A DNA stretch of 64,000 bases, from contig JAEZKA010000072.1 of the NCBI GenBank assembly GCA_023436225.1, forward strand, positions 406-64,405. The letters are read 5' to 3'. Every line of letters begins with the position of its first letter. Position 1 is the stretch's first letter. This document shows, piece after piece, positions 59,513 through 64,000 of the stretch. The position numbers and the translations under genes are program-made. This DNA is from Bacillota bacterium. GTDB taxonomy: Bacteria > Bacillota > Clostridia > Lachnospirales > Lachnospiraceae. The notes under the pieces were generated by a model. That model was given only the letters and a program-made list of their open reading frames with translations, ran no database searches and was not told the DNA's origin.

Positions 59513-61116
59513 GAGGGCGTAAAAATTTCTGTGTCCAAAGATGAAGTATCTTAGGCGATACCATTGCTTTTGGCAAGAATGAGATATGTATTTTACTTGT
59601 CGAATTATGTGTTTATTAATAGTTTAACCATTATAAGGAAAAGTATTCATATAGTTATTATTTTTGAACACAGAAAGTAAACGTGGGCGCGCCCACACCA
59701 GGCCTCCGGAATAAATATGGATTTATCGGCTATAATTATAATGCCGATGGAATAAAAGCTACTGGCGTATAGGTTCGGTTTTTCGAAGCTTACGCCGGCT
59801 GCTTATTCCGTTTTACAGGTATTGAGCCAGCCTGGATTCAAACAGGACGCTGAGTTGGCTTAAGACCATAACCCAGTTCCTGTATCGCTGTGTCCATTTT
59901 CTTAGGACGTTCATGGATGCTAGGTACAGCATTTTTCAAGGGATGTATCATTTGTGAAGGAGCTTTTCGTCTTAGTGACTTTACGAAATTGCCGATTTAG
60001 CCCCTCTATGATGTTTGTCGTGTACATGATTTTCGGATATCATCACTAAAGCGGAAGAAGGGGCTGACTACATCCTTGTTACTTTCCCAGTTACTGACAG
60101 CATAAGGGTATTTCTTTCCCCATTTCTCCTTTAACATCTCTAATTCTGACAATGCCAGTTCTTCATTTGAAGCCTTATATACTACTTTGAAATCGGAGGC
60201 AAATTTCTTGATATCTTTATAGGATACATATTTGAATGAATTACGCAGCATGTGTATGATACATCTTTGTACCTGTGATTACGGATATACCGAATTTATA
60301 GCTACTTTAAAGCCTGAAAGCCCATCTACGCAGAAGAATAGCACATCTGCAACTCCTCTGTTCTTTAGGTCATTGAGCATTCCAAGCCAGAATTTCGAGG
60401 ATTCGTTTGCACCAATGGTAATACTTAAGATATCCTTTTCTCCATCCAAAGTAACGTCCAGAACAACATAAGCTGCCCGATTAACAATCCGTCCATCCTC
60501 CTTAATCTTATAGTGTATTGCATCAATAAACACGAATGGATACATAGGATTAAGCGGTATGGACTGCCATTCTTTAATATCAGGAATTATGAGGTCAGTG
60601 ATTTTACTTACCATTTCAGCTGACAGTTCAATTCCGTAAATGTCTTGTAGTTGATCATGTATATCACTGGTAGACATTCCCCTGGCATAAAGTGAGATGA
60701 CCTTTTCTTCGATGCCTGAGATGTCTCTTTGATATTTAGGTATTATCTTGGGTTCAAAATCACCATTTCTGTCTCTTGGGATATCAACCTCAAATTCACC
60801 GTACTGACTCTTAACCGTTTTGGGGGAGTAGCCATTTCTTTTGTTCTCTATGATAAGTTCCCCTTTTTCATTCTTAGGATAACCCATGGAAACATCCATT
60901 TCTGCCTCCAACATCTCCTGCATCATGTCTTTAAAGCTGTCTTTGAGTAATGTGTAGATATCGCTTACATTTTGAATGTTGTTTTCTTTGATAATCTGTC
61001 GTAATTGTTCCTTTGCTATAGCCATATAAAAACCACCTTTCGGATGAGATTATTCATATCTAATTCTCACCAGAAAAGTGTATATATTACCAAGACACAA
61101 AATTATTTACATTACC
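59513..61116 (-). mobile_element. IS256-family element
   Basis: Imperfect 23-bp IRs GAGGGCGTAAAAATTTCTGTGTC / GACACAAAATTATTTACATTACC enclosing the transposase; no TSD seen. Confidence 0.75.
59813..61025 (-). pseudogene. IS256 (Mutator-type) transposase, in-frame stop at 60279 and frameshift near 60030
   Basis: RNGYSPK, PRDRNG.FEP, LYARGMST, VDGLSGF, QRCIIH, YTTNIIEG motifs across frames. Confidence 0.9.
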
Positions 61117-61750
61117 TAACCGTAAAAGGATTCATGGTTCCATTAAGGATATGACTCCTCATGCAGCACATGAAGCTGCTGCATAGGAAGTTAAACTTTT
61201 TGTGTCTACGCTATTGACACAAGTCCAATGAATTAAATTTATCACGATTTATATTTTGTGAATCTTTTCAAGAAGTCTATCGATATTTGGCATAGTACGT
61301 TCTGTTATATTAAGCAATGTAAGACGGCACTTAACTCTACTATCTCGATAGAACCCTTAGTTGGTTGTAATTAACGATAGTATTATCACAATCTACATTT
61401 GGTTTAAACCAATTATCTATTCCATAATTAGCTATGGTTATTGCGTCTAATCGATTAGTCTTGCCGGGGCGCATATTTAAGCTGGCATATTTGTACATAG
61501 TAAGTGGATTCACAGTTGTAACAGTGAAATTCATTTCTAAAAGATACCTATAAATTGGCAGATGATAGATACCAGATACCTCGATGAAGATTCGTTTCTC
61601 TCCTTCAAGTTTTTGAATATAAAGTATAAGTTCATTAAGAATTTCCTTTGTGTGTTCAACGATAAAAGGTTTTTAAACGACTTCTCCATATGGCTTCAAA
61701 ATACATACGGTACTTTTCTCTTTTGATGCATCAATTCCAATACTAATAAT
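61117..61750 (-). pseudogene. IS110 DEDD recombinase, N-terminal half with stops, truncated by IS256
   Basis: ISIGIDASKEKSTVCILKPYGE, IEVSGIYH, VNP, KTNRLDAITIA; GGAGG RBS but start codon lost. Confidence 0.85.
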
Positions 61751-61782
61751 AATAAATCCTCCTTTTTCGTCATCCTTATTAC

Positions 61783-61982
61783 TATTCATATTTGCTCGTT
61801 ACGCGAAAGACAACTTGTGTTTTCAACCTGCATAATCGAATATATATAATAAGTAGGCGGCTGACTGTTTGACACTCGGATGTATAAAATCCACTGTTGG
61901 GGGCGCCAGCCTAAGTTGGTCTACTTATTATAACAAGAATAAAGAGAAAACGAATAACAGAAGTTATTTCGTCTACTCTTTT
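61783..61982 (-). ncRNA. Putative IS110 bridge RNA
   Basis: 5' hairpin followed by two stem-internal loop-hairpin modules whose loops match the target and donor sequences. Confidence 0.7.
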
Positions 61983-62120
61983 ACTGTACAAAGTCTTGGG
62001 GTGGGATTCTTTGAATCCCCCTCAATTACTGGATTATGAGCAATTTTAATGTTTTAGATTCTATAAGTAGTTTTTTGGTGCACTTAATAAACCTGCCTAA
62101 TGTTCTTTTGTTCTTTTATT

Positions 62121-63416
62121 CTAGCGACACGTATGTAATATCCTGTTTCGAAAGAGATTAAGATTAACTATCCCATATGAGACTCATTCAAGGACTTTGA
62201 TCTTATTGTTATAGCCTTCTGTAGGTCCATTTGTATAACCATACTTAAATGCATTTAGTATTTCCTTTGAGCTGTTGCGAAATGTACTAGCATAAGATTC
62301 AAACTTCTATGCTTATAATATTTACGCAGGATACTGACATAATTCTTTGAAGCCTTTTACGTACATTCTCAATCGCCCATGTTACTTGTCAATGAAATGA
62401 TATTTGTCAGCTATATGAGCTGCATTTGAGAAGAAGGTCTTTGCTATGTCACGATATGGCTTTCATATATCAGAGATAAAGAATTCTACTCGATTATGTT
62501 GTGCCTTAGTGATTTTGCATATTTCGGATAAACGGAACCCTTGTTTCACATAAGCGGTGTAGCGGACTCAGCTGAACGGTGTTTCATTTGTTTACTATAG
62601 GTGCATCCATGCTAGGCTGGCACAGAGTGCCGACAGGCTTCGTGTCACCCTTCGTCTTGGGTGACACGAAACCTGTCCTTAAGCCTGTTTTGGTGTGGAA
62701 TACGGGTTCCTGCTGTCAACATATTAATTATCACTGAAGAAGAATCCGGGAACACCGCTTATCCATAATGACTACACCGGTGAATCAATACACTCACACC
62801 GTTTCAATTGAAAAGCTCACACCGGTCGAGCGAAATTTGCATGATATCGCGAAAGTAATTACTAAGATGGGATTGTGTCCGGTCAGGAAGTATATCTAAA
62901 ATACATTTTTTCTTACCATCAACTAAGATGCACTGAAATTTATCTATCTTAGCATTACTTTTAAATTCATCATTAGAGAGAACTCTTGGAATTGATGGTT
63001 TAACGTAATTAATACGATCAAAAACCCTTGTTACAGTTGAAACAGATATGTTTGCTTGTGAAGCAATGTAAGTATAACTGATGGTATCCCTAAGCTGATG
63101 TAAAATATACATAGCAAGACGTTTTGTCATATGTTGATATATTAGGCAGACAGGCATATTCTGTGTAAAAATGCTTTCCACAAGGACAGGAATAACTTCT
63201 TTTTTTCAACACTAAGTTAGTAGGCTTAAGTTGGACGGGAACATCCTTAATAGTCTGCAGACGGTAATCATGGATCTTTTTCGTGATTGAGCCACAAGCA
63301 GATTTGCTCAGTAAGTTTGGTTTCCAAATGGATTGTATTTAAAATATAAGAATGTTTGACTTTTTAATAAATTTATCTTTAAAATTTACCAGTTTATCGA
63401 TACAATTAGAGTGCAC
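62121..63416 (-). pseudogene. ISL3 transposase, heavily decayed
   Basis: VHSNCIDKL start, SNDEFK..ILVDG..ILDILPDR, ADKYH, TNGPTEGYNNKIKV..FRNRIL. Confidence 0.85.
62516..62841. mobile_element. 326-bp non-autonomous element (IS21-like MITE) inserted in the ISL3 transposase
   Basis: TGCATATTTCG/CGAAATTTGCA ends, repeated ACACCG subterminal motifs, near-TSD TGATTT/TGATAT; removal restores FRDITKAQ. Confidence 0.7.
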
Positions 63417-63535
63417 TTTTAAATCTACCTTCTTTCAGAAATGTTGCCGCATGTAAATGTCAAAATACAGATGTTCAATTGGGAGTACGTACATAATCCT
63501 GGACCTTATGTAGCATAAATATCAGGAGGATAGTC

Positions 63536-64000
63536 ATGTACTCATATGAGAAAAGGAAAGAAACTGTAGAACTTTACTTAAATTACCAGAGCTATTCTGC
63601 GGTAATAACAAAGCTAGGTTACCCATTTTTAGGGATGTTATGTCAATGGCTTTATGAAATTAACAATAATGAGGATCTTCATAGAACACAAAACAGAAAG
63701 CCAAAATATGATGAAGAACAGAAAAAGAAGGCTGTAGATTACTATATAGGAAATAGTCGCTGCATATCTAAAACAAATATAACATTAGGATATCTTAGTA
63801 GGCATTATCTAAAGATTGGCTCACAGCACGCGTTCCTGATTCTAATCGCACTTGCAGATCTGGTACAGTGTTGGTAAACTCATGGGAGAATAAAAAGAAA
63901 CAAGCGGTCATTGTGTTATGCGTTAAAGAACAAATAGCTTCCGTAATTGCTATTAAATACGGAGTTGAACGTACATCATTATACAATTGGAAAGAAGAGC
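63536..64000 (+). pseudogene. IS3-family transposase N-terminal region, frameshifted, runs off the window
   Basis: MYSYEKRKETVELY..LGYP, KYDEEQKKKAVDYY, then YGVERTSLYNWK in another frame. Confidence 0.7.

Larger units (their letters stand above)
59419..61992 (-). mobile_element. IS110-family element (internally deleted, carries IS256)
   Basis: No terminal IRs, TT core (minus strand) at both junctions, DEDD recombinase remnant, -35 and -10 halves at opposite ends. Confidence 0.8.
59408..63431 (-). mobile_element. Decayed ISL3-family element; downstream IR split by IS110; upstream end not identified
   Basis: GGCTCTTTGTCAA at 59408 continues as GTCTTGGGGTGGG at 61993; ISL3 transposase remnants at 62121-63416. 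Confidence 0.75.

Noticed and set aside
60279..60281. Programmed readthrough of the IS256 internal stop
   Set aside because: A separate frameshift downstream and decay of all neighbouring elements favour simple pseudogenisation
60232..60950. Plus-strand ORFs 60232-60471 and 60729-60950
   Set aside because: Antisense shadows of the IS256 transposase
1..64000. Prophage, defence system, tRNA or rRNA genes
   Set aside because: No phage structural genes, integrase, recognisable defence proteins or tRNA/rRNA signatures were seen

Overview
Low-GC Firmicute chromosome segment. Gene content and order suggest Clostridia, probably Lachnospiraceae (inference). Positions 1-56 kb are mostly housekeeping and envelope genes: cdaA-cdaR-HPr, leuA, a teichoic-acid-like tag cluster with LCP and WcaJ-type genes, htrA, a clpX paralog, a liv ABC transporter, hisC, queH, a CsxC-like spore protein, Fur-boxed feoAB, dGTPase-dnaG-sigA-trmK, RNase P RNA, an OmpR-family two-component system, an AP2-domain protein, a cell wall hydrolase and thrC. 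A probable S-layer gene follows, then a nested pile of decayed IS elements (ISL3, IS110, IS256, an IS21-like MITE, IS3). The strongest signal is an IS110 element inserted exactly into the terminal inverted repeat of an ISL3 element. Its non-coding end folds, by eye, into a bridge-RNA architecture whose guides match ISL3-type IR sequence and the element's own circle junction. An uninterrupted copy of the target site at 21469 allows the event to be reconstructed. Intergenic regions also carry GNA-triloop hairpin repeats (including a 40-bp tandem array before leuA) and several candidate structured RNAs. All structure and motif calls were made by eye; no searches or folding programs were run.
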